Part shown: in pieces, positions 31,236 to 43,317 of the stretch
Position numbering within the stretch: the first letter of the stretch is position 1
Layout of the letters: each line of letters starts with the position of its first letter
Origin: an uncultured Spirochaetota bacterium
GTDB taxonomy: Bacteria; Spirochaetota; Spirochaetia; SZUA-6; Fen-1364
NCBI GenBank assembly: GCA_963781885.1
Contig: CAWAHW010000005.1
Location: 32,001-96,000 of the forward strand
Length of the DNA: 64,000 nucleotides
Direction of reading: 5' to 3'
Notes under the pieces: model-generated
The model's database searches: none
What the model saw: the letters and a program-made list of their open reading frames with translations, nothing else
Told to the model about the DNA's origin: nothing
Position numbers and translations under genes: made by a program

Positions 31236-32035
31236 GAAAAGCGACCGCCATCCTCCTCCTCTCGATCCTCCTGTTCTCGATGGTGCCCGTCGCCGCCCTC
31301 GCCCAGGCATCCACGGCCAGCACGACGTCGGGCGGCGCCTCCGCGGCGAGCCTGCCGGTGCCATTCGTCGACCTGAATGTGCGAACGGCAAAGAACAACG
31401 GCGAGGTGGTGCTCTCCGTCCAGCTCCTGCTGCTCCTCACCGTGCTCGCCATCGCGCCGTCGATCCTCATCCTCACCACGGCTTTCCTGCGCATCGCGAT
31501 CGTCTTCGACTTCATCCGCCGGGCGCTGTCCCTGAACACGTCGCCCCCGAACCAGGTGATGATGGGCCTTGCCCTGTTCCTCACCGTATTCATCATGTGG
31601 CCGACATTCACGACCATCTACACGAGCTCGCTGAAGCCATTTGCGGACGGGAAGATCGGCCTCTCCGACATGTACACGAACGCGGAGAAGCCTTTGCGCG
31701 CGTTCATGTTCAACCAGATGGGCAATGACGCCGACTCGATACGCCTGTTCATGAGCATGCGGGGCATGAACAAGCCCAACAGCCGCGCGGACGTGCCGAC
31801 GTTCGTGCTGGTCCCCGCATTCGTCATCCACGAGATGACCGTCGCGTTCAAGATCGGGATCCTCTTGTTCATCCCGTTCATCATCATCGACATGGTCGTG
31901 GCCTCGACGCTCATGTCGATGGGCATGATCATGCTGCCGCCCGTGATGATCTCCACGCCGTTCAAGCTCATCCTGTTCGTGCTCGTGAACGGCTGGGGCC
32001 TGCTCACGGAGCAGATCGTCAGGAGCTTCAAATGA
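31232..32035 (+). CDS. fliP: flagellar export protein FliP
   Basis: PPNQV, PFIIIDMVVAS, MGMIMLPP; start ATG 31232. Confidence 0.97.
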   Translation: MRKATAILLLSILLFSMVPVAALAQASTASTTSGGASAASLPVPFVDLNVRTAKNNGEVVLSVQLLLLLTVLAIAPSILILTTAFLRIAIVFDFIRRALSLNTSPPNQVMMGLALFLTVFIMWPTFTTIYTSSLKPFADGKIGLSDMYTNAEKPLRAFMFNQMGNDADSIRLFMSMRGMNKPNSRADVPTFVLVPAFVIHEMTVAFKIGILLFIPFIIIDMVVASTLMSMGMIMLPPVMISTPFKLILFVLVNGWGLLTEQIVRSFK

Positions 32036-32295
32036 GCATGGGCATGGCGCTGCAGCTCGTGCGGGAAGGGGTCCTGGAGACCCTGCTGGTCGCCGGACCG
32101 ATCCTCCTCATCGCGATGGCGGTCGGCCTGATCGTGGCGATCCTCCAGGCAACCACCTCCATCCAGGAACAGACCCTCTCCTTCGTGCCGAAAATGGCCG
32201 CCATCCTCATCGGTCTCGTTCTGCTGGGAAGGTTCCTGCTGGATAGCCTCGTGGGCTACACCCATCGGCTGTTTTCAATGATACCGAACATATGA
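32032..32295 (+). CDS. fliQ: flagellar export protein FliQ
   Basis: QATTSIQEQTLSFVPK. Confidence 0.97.
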   Translation: MSMGMALQLVREGVLETLLVAGPILLIAMAVGLIVAILQATTSIQEQTLSFVPKMAAILIGLVLLGRFLLDSLVGYTHRLFSMIPNI

Positions 32296-33083
32296 TCGAA
32301 GCGCTGACGGGAAACGTCCAGCTCTACCTCCTCGTCTTCTTCCGCATCATCGCGATGGTGGAGCTCACGCCGCTCATCTCCTCTTCATCCATCCCCCAGA
32401 TCGCGAAGGTCGGGATGGCCCTCTTCCTCTCCGCGGCCGTGTTCCCGTCGGTGCTCGCGTCCCACTACACGATTCCCTCCAATATCGTCGACTACGCCCT
32501 GCTCGTGCTGGGCGAGGTGGGCATCGGGCTTCTCATCGGGTTTCTTCTGAACCTGATCTTTTCCGCGTTCCAGCTCGCCGGGCAGTTCTTCTCCCTCCAG
32601 ATGGGCTTCAGCGCGTCGGAGGTCTTCGATCCGCTCTCCCAGGTGGAAATTCCGCTCATGGGAGAGTTCCTCAACATGATCGCCATGCTCGTCTTCATCA
32701 CGACCTCGGGCATGGGAAAGTTCCTGCTCGTCGGCGTGCAGCGTTCCTTCCAGTACCTGCGCGCCGTGGACCTCGTCACGCACCGTGAGGGCATCATGGC
32801 GCTCCTGATCAGCGGCCTCCAGGGTCTGTTCACGAGCGCGCTCACGATCTCTTTCCCCATCCTCGGAACGCTGCTGCTCGTCTCCGTCGCCATGGGGCTC
32901 ATGGCGCGCGCGGCGCCGCAGATGGACATCCTCACGATGGGCTTCCCCGTCTCCATCGGCGTGTCGTTCCTCCTGCTTTTCGCGACAATGCCCTATCTCA
33001 TGACGGCGATGGAGCGCATCATCGACGGCAGCTTCCAGACCCTCGGCGCGTTCATCACCCAGGTGGGGAGCCTGCGGCGATGA
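32292..33083 (+). CDS. fliR: flagellar export protein FliR
   Basis: multi-TM, AGQFFSLQMG, RAAPQM. Confidence 0.95.
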   Translation: MIEALTGNVQLYLLVFFRIIAMVELTPLISSSSIPQIAKVGMALFLSAAVFPSVLASHYTIPSNIVDYALLVLGEVGIGLLIGFLLNLIFSAFQLAGQFFSLQMGFSASEVFDPLSQVEIPLMGEFLNMIAMLVFITTSGMGKFLLVGVQRSFQYLRAVDLVTHREGIMALLISGLQGLFTSALTISFPILGTLLLVSVAMGLMARAAPQMDILTMGFPVSIGVSFLLLFATMPYLMTAMERIIDGSFQTLGAFITQVGSLRR

Positions 33084-34219
33084 GGCAATACTTCGACGTC
33101 GATCTCCAGTGGTTCGCGGCGGAGGACGAGGGCCGCACCGAGGAGCCTTCCGAGCACAAGATCCGCAAGGCGCGGGAAGAGGGAAAGGTCGCGCGGTCCG
33201 CCGAGGTGAGCTCTTCCCTGGTCCTGTTGGCGGGAATCGCGGCCCTCGGGCTCCTGGGCGAATACATCCTGCGCACGTCGGCCCAGATGATGATTTTTTT
33301 CCTTTCGATTGCCACCAGCCCGAATGCGCTGAATGGCGGGCTCATGCAGGCGTTTCTGAGCTGGCTGGCAAAAATCGTGGTTCCCGTGCTCGTGATAGTC
33401 TTCATTGTTGCGATCGTCGGAAACGTGATCCAGGTGGGTTTTCTCTTCACGGTGAAGCCCATCACGCCGGACTTCAGCCGCATCGTGCCTCGCTTCAGCA
33501 AGTGGATATCGCGCTCCTTCGCCTCCACGGAGGCCCTTTTCAACTTTGCCAAGTCGATCGTGAAGATCGCCGTCGTGGGGCTCATCGGCTACCTGAACAT
33601 CATGGCGGCCCTGCCCCAGCTCCAGATGCTCGCGCTCACCTCTTTCTTCACCGGCGTGTCGCTGATCTCGCGGGTTGCGTTCCGCATCGTCCTGGAGGCC
33701 GCCATCGCGTTTCTTGCATTCTCCGCCGTGGACTACTGGTTCCAGAGACGCCAGCACATGGAGTCCCTGAAGATGTCCAAGCAGGAGGTGAAAGAGGAGC
33801 GCAAGATGTACGAGGGGGACCCGCTCACCCGCAGCCGCCTGCGCGAGCGGATGCGCGAGATCATGCGCCGCACGATGCTGAAGGCGGTCCCCAAGGCGGA
33901 CGTGGTCATCACCAACCCGACGCACTACGCGGTGGCGCTGGAATACAACCGGGCGCTCATGATCGCACCAACCGTGGTGGCCAAGGGCGCGGACGTCGTG
34001 GCGCAGAAGATCAAGGAAGTGGCGCTGGACAACGGCGTTCCCATCATGGAGAACAAGCCGCTTGCGCAGGCGCTCTTCCGCGAGGTGGAAATCGGCGACA
34101 CGATACCCGAGAAGTTCTACGATGCGCTTTCGATCATCCTCGCCGAGGTCTACAAGCTGAACGGCAAGGCAGGGGCCGGAATGTCGCCCGGCGCGGCTTC
34201 TTCGGGGGCAGCAGGATGA
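33080..34219 (+). CDS. flhB: flagellar export protein FlhB
   Basis: TEEPSEHKIRKAREEG; NPTH autocleavage motif. Confidence 0.97.
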   Translation: MRQYFDVDLQWFAAEDEGRTEEPSEHKIRKAREEGKVARSAEVSSSLVLLAGIAALGLLGEYILRTSAQMMIFFLSIATSPNALNGGLMQAFLSWLAKIVVPVLVIVFIVAIVGNVIQVGFLFTVKPITPDFSRIVPRFSKWISRSFASTEALFNFAKSIVKIAVVGLIGYLNIMAALPQLQMLALTSFFTGVSLISRVAFRIVLEAAIAFLAFSAVDYWFQRRQHMESLKMSKQEVKEERKMYEGDPLTRSRLRERMREIMRRTMLKAVPKADVVITNPTHYAVALEYNRALMIAPTVVAKGADVVAQKIKEVALDNGVPIMENKPLAQALFREVEIGDTIPEKFYDALSIILAEVYKLNGKAGAGMSPGAASSGAAG

Positions 34220-34255
34220 GAGCGGCCGTCGCAGTGCGGCGATTGGAGAGGGAAA

Positions 34256-36341
34256 ATGGCTGACGCGCGTGCGGTTGTCGGGAACCTCTGGAGCCAGCGG
34301 AGCGACGTTCTGGTGGCCGTCTTCGTGGTGGTCATCATCATGATGCTCCTGATCCCGCTTCCCGCGGTGCTCCTGGACGTCTTCATGGCGGTCAACCTCG
34401 TGATCGGTCTCCTTGTCATCCTCACCGTGCTCTACACCCGGCACGCGCTGGAGTTCTCGGTATTCCCCACGCTGCTCCTGATCGCCACGGTCTTCGGGCT
34501 TGCCCTCAATGTCTCCTCGACCCGGCTCATCCTGTCCAAGGGCCACGAGTTCAATGGGCACATCGTGCGCGCTTTCGCCACGTTCGTGGTCGGCACGAAG
34601 GGCGTCGAAGGCTACGTCATCGGCATCATCATCTTCATCATCATCATCGCCGTGCAGTTCATCGTCATCACGAAGGGCGCGACGCGCGTCGCCGAGGTGG
34701 CGGCGCGGTTCACCCTCGATGCGCTCCCCGGCAAGCAGATGGCCATCGAGGCGGAGTACAATTCCGGCCTCCTCACCGAGGAGGAGGCGACGCGGAAGAA
34801 GAACGACCTGCAGCGCGAGGCGGATTTTTACGGTTCCATGGACGGTGCCTCGAAGTTCATCTCCGGCAGCGTCCGCATCGGCATCCTGATCTTCGTGGTC
34901 CAGATCGTCGGCGGGTTGATCGTCGGCATGACCCTGCACGGCGAGGACTGGACGACGGCGCTGGACACGTACATCTCCCTTTCCATCGGCGACGGTCTGG
35001 TCACGCAGCTCCCGGCGCTCCTCATCTCCACGGCAACGGGCATCATCGTCACGCGCGCCATCTCCGACTCGTCCTTCGGCAAGGACATCACGAAGCAGTT
35101 CTCCAGCCAGTCGAGGCCCTATCTGATTTCCGCGGCCTTCCTCGTCCTTCTCTCCTTCCTCCCCGGCTTCCCCTGGTATGTGCTCATTCCCATGGCTCTC
35201 CTCATCGGGGCGCTGGGCCTTTCGCTCACGCGGAAGCAGATCGCGGAGGAGGAGAAGACGCGGACCCGGGAGGTGGCGGACAAGGAAAAGGCGGCTCCCG
35301 CGGAGATATCCCCCGTCGTGCCTTTGGATCCATTGTCGCTGGAGATCGGCTACGGGCTCATCCCGCTTGTGGACAAGGAGCAGGGGGCCGAGCTGCTGGA
35401 CCGCATCACGCGCATCAGGCGCGAATCGGCCCTGGAGCTCGGCCTCGTGGTCCCCCGCATACGGATCATCGACAACATGCGCCTGGAGCCCGCGGAGTAT
35501 TCGTTCAAGATACGCGGCGTCGAGGTGGGGCGCGGCCGCATCAAGATGGCGCACTACCTGGCCATCCAGCCGGGCAAGGCCACCGAGGAGATCCCCGGAG
35601 AAGCCACGCGGGACCCGGCCTTCGGTCTTCCCGCGGTCTGGATCACCGACGAGGACAGGGAGCGCGCGGAGAGGCTGGGGTACACCGTCGTCGATCCCCC
35701 TTCCATCATCGCCACGCACCTCACGGAGATCATCAAGCGCTATGCCGCGGAGATACTCGGACGGCAGGAGGTGCAGTCCATCCTGGACACGCTGAAGAAC
35801 GACTACCCGGCGGTGGTGGACGAGGTGAAGAAGGCGCTGGGCATCGGGGAGATCCAGAAGGTGCTCCAGGGGCTCCTCGCCGAGCGCGTCTCCGTGCGGA
35901 ACATGGTGGCCATCCTGGAGACCCTTGCCGACTACGGCCCGGTCACGAAGGACATCGGCTTCCTCATCGAGAAGGTGCGCCAGGCGCTGGGACGCCAGAT
36001 ACTGCCTGCAATACTGCGACGAGAAGAAGGTCCTCCGCGTGCTCACCATCGAGCCGTCGCTGGAAAAGAAGATCATCGATTCGCGCCTCGAGACGAATCG
36101 CGGCATCGTCTCGGGGCTGGACCCGGCCCTGCACCGCAAGTGGATCACGGCGCTCACCAACGGCGTGAAGGCCGTGCAGGAGCAGGGTTTCCACGAGGTC
36201 GTGCTCTGCTCGGAGGCGGCGCGGCCGCTCGTGAAGTCGGGCAGCGCGCGTGAAATCCCGCACCTGGCGGTCATCTCGAGCCTCGAGGTGGCGCCCGACG
36301 TCACCGTCGAGTCTCTTGGCGAGATTCGCATCGAAGGATAG
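34256..36341 (+). CDS. flhA: flagellar export protein FlhA (apparent 1-nt insertion ~36001)
   Basis: RVAEVAARFTLDALPGKQM, FYGSMDGASKF; the C-terminus continues in the 35925-36341 frame. Confidence 0.95.
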
Positions 36342-36358
36342 GCAGGAGCGACCACGGC

Positions 36359-37582
36359 ATGCAGTACTTCACCGTTCAGGGACGTTCGAACCGCGAGGCG
36401 ATTGAGAAGATGAAGGGGCTCTACGGCGAGGATGCCCGGATCCTCACCCACCGCTCCGTCCGCATGGGCGGCTTTCTCGGTCTTTTTGCCGCGGAAGGTG
36501 TCGAGGTGACCGGCTACCTGTCGGAGGACGGGAGCAAGAGGAGGAAGGCCGAGGTGGAGGAAGAGAAGAAGAAGATCCTCGACGGGGTGAAAAAGGAGCA
36601 GAGCTTCCAGGTGCTCCTGAAGGAGATCCAGGACCTGCGCGAGGCGATGGAAAACAGGCCCACCCCTGCCCCGGTGCATGTCGTGGAAGAGCATCCCTCG
36701 CTCCGCCAGCTCGAGGAGCTGCTTGCCGCCAACGAGTTTGCGCCCGACTTCATCGCGGCGATCAAGGACCGCGCGCGCAAGGAGTTCTCACTCGACGCGC
36801 TGGAGAATTACGCGCTCCTGCAGAACGCGGCGGTCGGCTGGATCGGGGAAAAGATCGAGGTCGATCCGCCGCTGCGCTTCGCCGGCAGGGGCGGCAAGAT
36901 CGTGATCATCGTGGGGCCGACGGGCGTCGGCAAGACAACGACCATTGCGAAGCTCGCGGCGATCTACGGGATCGGCGAGGGCAGGACGCCCGGCCGGTCG
37001 GTGCGCATCATCACGATCGACAATTACCGCATCGCGGCGAAGCAGCAGATCGAGACGTACGCCGAGATCATGCGGATCCCCGTGAGCCTCGTGGAGAGCG
37101 CCGCCGAGCTCCAGAAGACGCTCACCCTCTACCAGGACACCGATCTCATCCTCGTGGACACGATCGGCAGGAGCCCGCGGGACCTTGCGAAGCTCGCCGA
37201 GATGAAGGAGATCCTGTCCTCCTGCGGCAGCCAGGCCTCGGTCTACCTCGCCCTGGCGGCGACCACGAAGGCGAGCGACACCGAGGAGATCCTGCGCCAG
37301 TTCGCGCCTTTCGGCTTCCGCTCGATCATCCTCACGAAGCTCGACGAGACGATGCGCATCGGCAACGTCATTTCCTGTCTCTCGCGGCAGCGCAAGCCCG
37401 TCGCGTATCTCTGCGACGGCCAGGGCGTTCCGCAGGATCTCGAGGAGGCGACAGTCGTACGCCTGCTCATGAACATGGAAGGCTTCAGGATCGATCGGGC
37501 GACGCTGGAGGCGCGGTTCCCGAGCGCGGGCAACGCGTCCTTGGTCGACACGGCCGCCGCGGCGAGAGGGAAAGGGAACTAA
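36359..37582 (+). CDS. flhF: flagellar biosynthesis GTPase FlhF
   Basis: [32 protein letters not shown]. Confidence 0.95.
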   Translation: MQYFTVQGRSNREAIEKMKGLYGEDARILTHRSVRMGGFLGLFAAEGVEVTGYLSEDGSKRRKAEVEEEKKKILDGVKKEQSFQVLLKEIQDLREAMENRPTPAPVHVVEEHPSLRQLEELLAANEFAPDFIAAIKDRARKEFSLDALENYALLQNAAVGWIGEKIEVDPPLRFAGRGGKIVIIVGPTGVGKTTTIAKLAAIYGIGEGRTPGRSVRIITIDNYRIAAKQQIETYAEIMRIPVSLVESAAELQKTLTLYQDTDLILVDTIGRSPRDLAKLAEMKEILSSCGSQASVYLALAATTKASDTEEILRQFAPFGFRSIILTKLDETMRIGNVISCLSRQRKPVAYLCDGQGVPQDLEEATVVRLLMNMEGFRIDRATLEARFPSAGNASLVDTAAAARGKGN

Positions 37583-37584
37583 AG

Positions 37585-38514
37585 ATGGCAGATCAGGCGG
37601 AAAAGCTGAGAGAGCTCGTCGGGGGAAACCTCACGCGGCCGGGCGGCGGTGAAGAGGCAGCGCCGGGCAACGCGCCCGCGCAAAGGCCGGTTGCAGCGAG
37701 GGCCGAGGGCAAGACGGGCACGCGCATCATTGCCGTTTCCAGCGGCAAGGGAGGCGTCGGCAAGACAAATATCGCGATCAACCTCGCCCTTGCGTACGCG
37801 CAGACGGGGAAAAAGGTCATCGTCATGGATGCCGACCTCGGGCTCGCGAACGTGAACGTCGTGCTCGGCGTCATCCCGCGCTACAACCTCTACCATCTCA
37901 TTCGCAAGCAGAAGACCCTTTCCGAGATACTCGTGGATACAAGCTACGGCATCCAGATCATTGCGGGCGCGTCGGGCTTCTCCAAGATCGCCAACCTCAA
38001 TGAGGAGGAACGACGCGATTTCATCGCCGAGCTGGCGGCGCTGTCGAATGCCGACGTGCTCATCATCGACTGCGCGGCGGGCGTCTCCAACAACGTCATC
38101 TCTTTCATCGCCGCCGCCGACGACGCGCTGATCGTCACGACGCCCGAGCCCACGGCCATCACCGACGCCTATGGCATCATCAAGATCATTGCCACGGAGA
38201 TCGAAAATCTCGACCTCGGGCTGAAGCTGATCGTCAACCGCGTGAAATCCGTCGTGGAAGGAAAAAAAGTCGCCGAACGCGTGATCACCATTGCCGGGCA
38301 ATTCCTGAATCTGAAGGTGGATTATCTGGGATTTGTCTACGACGACCCGGTCGTGCACACATCGGTCGTGCGGCAGAAACCCTTCCTGATCCTGGAGCCG
38401 AAGTCCAAGGCAGCGCAATGCATCCGCCACCTCGTGGGCAGACTCGAAAACTACGATTACCGGGATGGAAAGGGAATCCCGACCTTTCTGAAAAAGCTCT
38501 TCGGGTCGAAATAG
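37585..38514 (+). CDS. flhG: MinD-like flagellar number regulator FlhG
   Basis: [38 protein letters not shown]. Confidence 0.93.
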   Translation: MADQAEKLRELVGGNLTRPGGGEEAAPGNAPAQRPVAARAEGKTGTRIIAVSSGKGGVGKTNIAINLALAYAQTGKKVIVMDADLGLANVNVVLGVIPRYNLYHLIRKQKTLSEILVDTSYGIQIIAGASGFSKIANLNEEERRDFIAELAALSNADVLIIDCAAGVSNNVISFIAAADDALIVTTPEPTAITDAYGIIKIIATEIENLDLGLKLIVNRVKSVVEGKKVAERVITIAGQFLNLKVDYLGFVYDDPVVHTSVVRQKPFLILEPKSKAAQCIRHLVGRLENYDYRDGKGIPTFLKKLFGSK

Positions 38515-38560
38515 GAGGTGCGAAACGGAGCATGCAATGGGCGGCGACGGGGCCATATTG

Positions 38561-38589
38561 TTGACTCTGGATGCCGTTTCCCCTACTGT
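38561..38589 (+). promoter_or_regulatory. putative sigma70 promoter for the flgV-fliA sub-operon
   Basis: TTGACT, 17 bp spacer, TACTGT. Confidence 0.55.
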
Positions 38590-38616
38590 TAGCATGAAGG
38601 ACGGTATCGAAGGCAC

Positions 38617-39404
38617 ATGGAAGCCCGCCCGGTGATGGACTTCGCCAGGGAAAACTGGAAAATAGCCGCGGCGTGCGCGCTGGGGGCTTTCCTTCTCTCC
38701 CTGCTCATCGGGTTGATCGCCCGCAACCCGTTCGGCGTCGCCCTCCTTCGCGCGTTTCTCCTCTGTCTTCTTTTTGCCGGCCTCGGTGTCGGTGCGCGCC
38801 TCGTGGCGCGGGCATACCTGCCGGAGCTGGTTGCCGGCCCGCAGGGAGCGCGGCCGGAAACCGAATCGACCCGCGGTCGGAACATCGACATCGTGCTGCC
38901 GGAAGAGGATGGCGCGCCGCGCCAGGATTCCCGCGGAGATGGCCGGCCATCCGGCAGAGCGCGCGGTGAGGCGGCCCCGGGCGATGCCGTGGGATTGGAT
39001 GAAGGGCCGGGGATTCGGAGGGGCCTGCAGAGGAGGTTGTTTCGCGTTCGGAGGAGCAGGCCCTGGGAGAGATCGCGGACGAGCTGGCGGAGGAGCTGCC
39101 CTCCGCGACCGAGCAGCCTGGACAGGAGTCGGAGGAGTTGCCGGGTCTTGACGGGTCGGAGCAGGGGACCAAGCCGCTCTCGGCGAACGAGGACCTTGAC
39201 GATCTTCCCGACATCTCGAACCTGGAAATGGCGGCCGAGGAGCCGCGGGGAATGGCCGGTGGGAGCGTCGGGGGAAGGGGCCCGCGAGGGGCATCCCCGG
39301 GAGAGAAGCCCGGCGACGCACTCCGTGGAGCCGTGAGCGGGCAGGATCCCGCCACGATTGCCAGGGCCATCCGGACGGTCCTGAAAAAGGATGAAAAAGG
39401 ATAG
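38617..39404 (+). CDS. FlgV-like flagellar membrane protein (apparent 1-nt deletion in G-run ~39009-39012)
   Basis: two N-terminal TMs, acidic disordered middle, C-terminal [15 protein letters not shown] helix; flhG-X-fliA position matches flgV synteny. Confidence 0.6.
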
Positions 39405-39411
39405 CGCGGAT

Positions 39412-40200
39412 ATGGCCGAAACCCTCTGGGATGGAAAGTCCGAAGAAGAGCTCTGGAAGATCTACCGAAAGGGCCGCGACCAGAAGCTGCGCGATTTCTT
39501 CGTGCGACAATACGCGCCCCTCGTGAAATACGTCGCCGGCAAGATCGCCATGGGCATGCCCCAGAATGTCGAATTCGACGACCTCGTGGGTTTCGGGGTT
39601 TTCGGGCTCTTCGACGCGATCGACAAGTTCGACCCCGGCAAGCACGTGAAGTTCAAGACCTATGCCGTCACGCGCATCCGCGGGGCCATCTTCGACGAGC
39701 TGCGGACCATCGACTGGGTGCCGCGTTCCGTGCGGCAGAAGGCCCGCGAGGTGGAGGAGACGGTGCGGCGCCTCGAATCCTCCCTCGGCCGCGCCGCCTC
39801 TGACGAGGAAATCGCTTCCGGCATGTCGATGGACGTCAAGGAGTTCCAGCAGATGATGCTGAAGATCAGCGGGACCTCCATGCTGTCGCTTCACGACATC
39901 TGGTACACGGGAGAGGACAACGACAAGATCTCCATCGCGGAAAGCATTGAAAGTCCGGGCAGCCTCAACCCCGACACCATCGTCGAAAAGGAAGAGATCA
40001 AGCGCGTCATCGTGGATGCGATCAAGGAGCTGCCGGAGAAGGAGAAGAAGGTTCTCGTTCTCTACTATTATGAAGACCTGACGCTCAAGGAGATCGGCGA
40101 GGTGCTCGCGGTCACGGAGAGCCGGGTGTCGCAGCTGCACACGAAGGCCGTGATGCGGCTTCGTGCCAAGCTCACGAGCTTCAAGAGAGGAATCGTGTAG
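39412..40200 (+). CDS. fliA: flagellar sigma factor sigma28 (FliA/WhiG)
   Basis: [43 protein letters not shown]. Confidence 0.95.
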   Translation: MAETLWDGKSEEELWKIYRKGRDQKLRDFFVRQYAPLVKYVAGKIAMGMPQNVEFDDLVGFGVFGLFDAIDKFDPGKHVKFKTYAVTRIRGAIFDELRTIDWVPRSVRQKAREVEETVRRLESSLGRAASDEEIASGMSMDVKEFQQMMLKISGTSMLSLHDIWYTGEDNDKISIAESIESPGSLNPDTIVEKEEIKRVIVDAIKELPEKEKKVLVLYYYEDLTLKEIGEVLAVTESRVSQLHTKAVMRLRAKLTSFKRGIV

Positions 40201-40205
40201 AGCAA

Positions 40206-42216
40206 ATGCGCGGAGGAACGGGATCACCGCCCCCTGCCGAGACGTCCGCCCGTGCAGCGTCCGGCCGCATCAACCTGGAAGAGCTCCAGGAATACATGCG
40301 CCGGCAATCGGAAGAAGACAAGAAAAACCGCACCATCACGGTGGAAGGCGACACCGTCCCCGATGCACTGAAGAAGGCCTCCATCGAGCTGGGCCTCCCG
40401 GTCTCCAGTCTCGAATACGAGGTGCTGCGCCGCGGGAGCGGCGGCACGCTCGGGCTGGGCCGCGCCGCCTGGAAGCTCTCCGTTTACGAGCGGTCGAAGG
40501 TCGTGAAGACGAGCGTCGAATCGGAGGAGGAGGCGCGGCGCGAGGCCGAGCGCGCCGCCCAGGCGCCGGAGAAGCCCAAGGACCTGTCGGGCGAGGTCTT
40601 TGTCAAAGTGTCCGGCGACGGCGCGTTCCTGCGGGTGACCCGGCCGCAGGGCAAGGGCCCGCGTGCGACCGAAATCATGGCCCTGGAGCGTTTAGCGATC
40701 CGTGGGATTGCGAGCTTCGACGCCGCCCTGGTGTCCCGCATCGTGAAGCACGCGGACGGAGAGTTCGTCCGGGTCGCCGACGTACAGTACAACCCGGGCC
40801 ACGACTCCACCGCGTCGATGGATGTCACGGACGGCGCCATGAAGGCGGTGGTGGTCGTCGCGGAGCCCGGACCCGGCGGCGCCGACATCTCCTCCGATTT
40901 CCTCAGATCCTATCTGCAATTCCAATGGCGTCATCCACGGCCTGCGGGAGGACATACTCGAGGAGATCGACACCTCTCCGCGCTATGGCAGGCCCATCGT
41001 CGTGGCGGAGGGCACGCGGGCGCATGACGGCGCGGATGCGCGCATCGAATACAATTTCAAGATGGAGAAGGACGCCGTCACGCTGCGGGAAAAGGACGGC
41101 CGTGTCGATTTCAAGGACATCTCCCACGTGGAGAACGTCGTGGCGGGCCAGCTCCTTGCGCGCAAGATTCCCGCGGAGGCCGGTCAGCCCGGCCGCACGG
41201 TGACCGGCAACACCATTCCCGCCACGAAGGGCAAGGACTGCGACCTCGCCGTGGGAAAGAACGTGAAGCTGTCGGAGGACGGGCTTTCCGCCATGGCGGA
41301 GATCAACGGCCAGGTCCTGCTCATCGGCGGCAAGATCAACGTCGAGCCGATCTATTCCATCCCCGGTGACGTGAATCTCCGCACGGGCAACATCCTTTTC
41401 CTCGGCACGGTGATCGTGAAGGGCAACGTGGAAGACGGCTTCTCCGTGAAGGCCGCGGGAAACATCGAGATTTTCGGGAGCGTCGGCAAATGCCTCATCG
41501 ACGCGGAAGGCGACATCATCGTGCACCAGGGCATCGCCGCGAAGACGGAGGGAAAGATACGCTGCGGCAAGAGCCTGTACTCGAAGTTCATCGAGCACGC
41601 CCACGTCGACGCCGGGGAGTACGTCGTGGTCACCGACGGCATCGTGCATTCATTCGTCGATGCGAACAAGATGATCCTCTGCCAGGGCAAGCGCGCGCAG
41701 ATCGTGGGCGGCCGGCTCCGCGCCTCGGAGGAGATCAATTCCAAGATACTCGGCGCCGTGGGCGGCTCGGAGACGCTGCTCGAGGTCGGATACGATCCCC
41801 GGAGCAAGGAACGGCTCGTGGCCCTGGAGGACGCCAAGAAGGCGGTGGAAAAGTCCCTCGAGGAGGTGGACCTCAACATCAAGACGCTGGAAAACCTCCT
41901 GAAGGTGCAGAAGAAACTCCCGCCGGAAAAGGCGCAGTACCTCTCCGAGCAGAATGAAAAGCGCTCCGAGCTTCTTCGCAAGCTTGATGACTGCATCCAG
42001 GAGATCGGCACGATCAACGCGCACCTCTCCTCGCTCAACACCATCGGCAAGATCTCCGCGTCAGAGCGCGTCTATCCGGGCGTGAAGCTCTCGATCAAGA
42101 ACGCAAGCCTCGCCGTGCGCACGGAGTTCAAGTTCGTCACCTTTTTTCTCCAGGGCGGCGAAGTGAAAGTGACGAAATATGAAGCCTTCGATGAAGAGCT
42201 CATGAGGAGGAAATAG
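40206..42216 (+). CDS. FapA (DUF342) family protein with Jag-N-like N-terminus (apparent 1-nt insertion ~40920)
   Basis: N-terminal LEYEVL; GRVDFKD, GDVNLRTGNILFLG, VYPGVK; the two ORFs join across one frameshift. Confidence 0.85.
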
Positions 42217-42217
42217 C

Positions 42218-42547
42218 GTGCCGGCGCTGCCCATCGACCTGCAGACGCTCTTCACGCAGACGAACCAGGTCGGCCGCGAGCAGGCGGCCCAGAAGGATGC
42301 GGCGCCGCAGGCCCAGCTCCTCCAGGGCGCGCAGCTCGCCCAGAAGGCCGACCAGCTCGATCACGCCGTGAACGTGACGCGCGAGGAGGACAACGAGGCG
42401 GAGAAGGTGAAGGACCGCTCCAAGCGCGGCGCAGACCGTCGCCGCCGGCAGCCGGGTGCAAAGCGCGCAGCCGCGGCGGTTCCGCCGGCCGCCCCCGCGG
42501 TCGTCAGCGACCCCGACCTCGGTCGCAACGTCGACATCTCCAGCTAA
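42218..42547 (+). CDS. conserved hypothetical protein of flagellar clusters
   Basis: PIDLQTLF N-terminus and DPDLGRNVDI C-terminus; coupled to fapA. Confidence 0.7.
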   Translation: MPALPIDLQTLFTQTNQVGREQAAQKDAAPQAQLLQGAQLAQKADQLDHAVNVTREEDNEAEKVKDRSKRGADRRRRQPGAKRAAAAVPPAAPAVVSDPDLGRNVDISS

Positions 42548-42549
42548 CC

Positions 42550-43317
42550 ATGTGGTATGCGATTCTCATCATGCTCGTCGTGGACCTCGGCGGGCTCCTC
42601 CTCATTTATGTCCTGTTGCGCGACCGCGTGCGTCGGGTGACGAGCGTCGATTCGCAGATCGCCGACGTGCGTGAGGAGGTGAGCAGGCTCCTCGTCGAGC
42701 TGAATCAGACGACGGACCGCAATGTCGCCCTGCTCGAAGATCGCATCGCCCGCCTCAACGAGTCCCTCGCCGTGGCCGATAAGAAGATAGGTCTGCTTCG
42801 TCGGGAGATTGAAAAGCACGACGTGGGAGCACAGGTTTACAGCAGGCTGGCAGAGGGACGACCGCGCAGCGTGTCGACTGACGCCCAAACGCGCCAGCAA
42901 ATGCTGCAACCGCGCCTGCAAATGCCGCCAGCGGAGGCCGCCGGAATGCCACAACCGCGCCAACAAATGCCGCCAGGAGCGGCCGGGGAGCGCGAGGGAG
43001 TGGCCGCCGGAATGCCGCCAGGCGTGGCCGCGGAGCGCGGTGCCGATGCGTCGGCCGCGGCAGTCGAGTCTGGGCGCACGCCGCGTCAGCCGCTGGCCGT
43101 GGAGCTCTCGGAAAAATCCGAGCCGCGGCAGGAAAGGCGGCGCGACGAGCTGCGGGTCGAATCCCGGGACACAGAGGAGGCCCCTGACCTGCACCAACGC
43201 GTCATGAGCCTCCAGCGCGCGGGATTCTCAAGCGCGCTCATTGCCAGCCGTGTCGGGGTTCCCCGGGGTGAGGTCGAGCTCATCATCTCCCTCGAGCAGC
43301 GGAAGGGACAGGCGTGA
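42550..43317 (+). CDS. membrane-anchored coiled-coil protein with C-terminal HTH-like domain (DUF6115/SwrB-like)
   Basis: N-terminal TM, coiled coil, repeat-rich linker, IASRVGVPRGEVELI. Confidence 0.6.
   Translation: MWYAILIMLVVDLGGLLLIYVLLRDRVRRVTSVDSQIADVREEVSRLLVELNQTTDRNVALLEDRIARLNESLAVADKKIGLLRREIEKHDVGAQVYSRLAEGRPRSVSTDAQTRQQMLQPRLQMPPAEAAGMPQPRQQMPPGAAGEREGVAAGMPPGVAAERGADASAAAVESGRTPRQPLAVELSEKSEPRQERRRDELRVESRDTEEAPDLHQRVMSLQRAGFSSALIASRVGVPRGEVELIISLEQRKGQA
42897..43030 (+). repeat. in-frame cluster of AATG hairpin repeats
   Basis: AATGCCGCCAGGAGCGGCCG (identical to the cheA unit) plus degenerate copies encoding QMPP/GMPP peptides. Confidence 0.75.

Noticed and set aside
17411-36694. 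Very long antisense ORFs (1131, 895, 693 and 1233 aa)
   Set aside because: Shadow ORFs expected from high GC3 codon bias opposite real genes; no recognisable motifs.
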